Below, in pieces: positions 46,379 to 47,498 of a stretch of 47,498 nt of DNA. Each line of letters starts with the position of its first letter. The first letter of the stretch is position 1. The translations under genes and the position numbers were made by a program. The DNA is from Nemertoderma westbladi (lineage: Eukaryota > Animalia > Xenacoelomorpha). The notes under the pieces are model-generated. The model ran no database searches and was not told where the DNA came from. It saw only the letters and a list, made by a program, of their open reading frames with translations. The DNA lies in contig JAUCBJ010002119.1 in the NCBI GenBank assembly GCA_032718475.1, positions 1 to 47,498 on the forward strand, given 5' to 3'.

Positions 46379-47059
46379 CCTTACACTACTAGGAAGACCT
46401 CTTGCATTAACACATGGGATTGGTTAATTAACTATTATTTGATTGGACGTTGAAATCATCATATATTTAGAGTGGGAATAATGTTGTATAAGGAATCGGT
46501 TTACACACCATTTACTCCTTGACTTTTCCGATCGAATAGATTGTAATAATAAAGTAGTTTTACTGGTACTATTTAATATTAAAATTCATTGATTTTAAAT
46601 TTATATTTAAAAGCATTTCACAATTATGTAAACATAAAAGCTCAAATGAAATAAACTCATAATTTTTGCAATGTCTTTAGCATTTGTTGGATTTGCATTT
46701 ATGTTTATCCACAGGTTTCTAGAACGTTTTTTAGCGCGCCAAGTCTTATCAGTACCGCAGGTTGGCCAGCAACACAGCTGCACGCATCCGTTTACTTCCT
46801 AATGTAAGAGCTACTCGTCCTCGCGCTAGTGCAGTTGGATGGACACGAATAGCAGACCAACTATTCCAAAGCAACTACTACTGTTCGTACAGTACTATAA
46901 TCGGCCTGCTGGCTGCATTGAAACTCCACATTGTGATGCTATGCTGGCTTAACAAAAACATTTTGTCACCACTATGCAATCCACAATTGGGAATCACAAT
47001 GCAGCGTGCATTAAGAATGCTATGCCGGCTTATGAACAAAGTTGCACCGCCACAACTCC

Positions 47060-47400
47060 ATATCCCCCATGAATTTCGCGCGAGATTAACCGCATATTCA
47101 AGGCCGGTGTCCTTTAAGAGCCGTCTCAAGAAAGTCATGGGCTGTCCATCATGCTTATTTTCTCCATGGGGCTACCAAAGCACAAGATTGGGCACAGGCT
47201 GGTCCTCACGGCAAAAACAATGTCATGCAAAGGAATGTATCCCTAGACACTAGTATAGTCATTCCAATCTTTTTAGCTTACTCATGCAGCCATGTAGGCC
47301 TATAAACCATAACCCAATGTTCTACTGCCTAGAATAATATCACATGTTAGTCTAAGTGTACTCTTCTAATACTGTTGGTATAATAACCCTTACATGAATT
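47060..47400 (-). pseudogene. Highly decayed RTE LINE 3' fragment
   Basis: HCFCREDQPVPNLVLW*PHG...P.TF...L.KDTGL parallels HCWRSKDEVILDLIFWQPTHG...P..TY...LERDTEL of the RTE at 29911-30507. Confidence 0.55.
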
Positions 47401-47498
47401 CACCCAATTTCCCCATTCCTTACAGCGTTTTGAACACTTTCTACCTGCCAACCGAGTATAAAAACCCTTACAGTAGTTCGACTCCCTCTCTGTTAATG

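Noticed and set aside
46762-47253. 163-aa plus-strand ORF
   Set aside because: It has a non-ATG start and no motif, and it overlaps the antisense of a decayed RTE fragment.

Overview
Repeat-rich animal (invertebrate-type) genomic DNA. It is not prokaryotic. The one host gene I can reconstruct is a four-exon secreted alpha-carbonic anhydrase on the minus strand (45914->29288, 259 aa), whose ~12-kb last intron has a non-canonical GC donor and is packed with LINE relics and satellites. The remainder is: a Helentron-type non-autonomous element with a ~146-bp repeat array carrying CTCF-like motifs; an internally deleted CsRn1-type Gypsy element inserted into a 29-bp minisatellite; three diverged ~1.05-kb LTR-like modules with conserved hairpins; a 5.6-kb, indel-free 30-bp satellite; a full-length CR1/L2-group LINE nested in an older relative; and several decayed LINEs and MITEs. 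The strongest leads are (1) the intact LINE, whose ORF1 and ORF2 are in one frame separated only by a UGA-CUA readthrough-type stop followed by an in-frame 30-bp repeat linker, (2) a putative transmembrane insert between protease and RT in the Gypsy polyprotein, (3) the atypical carbonic anhydrase, and (4) the structured LTR-like family. All calls were made by eye, without database searches, and clade names are tentative.
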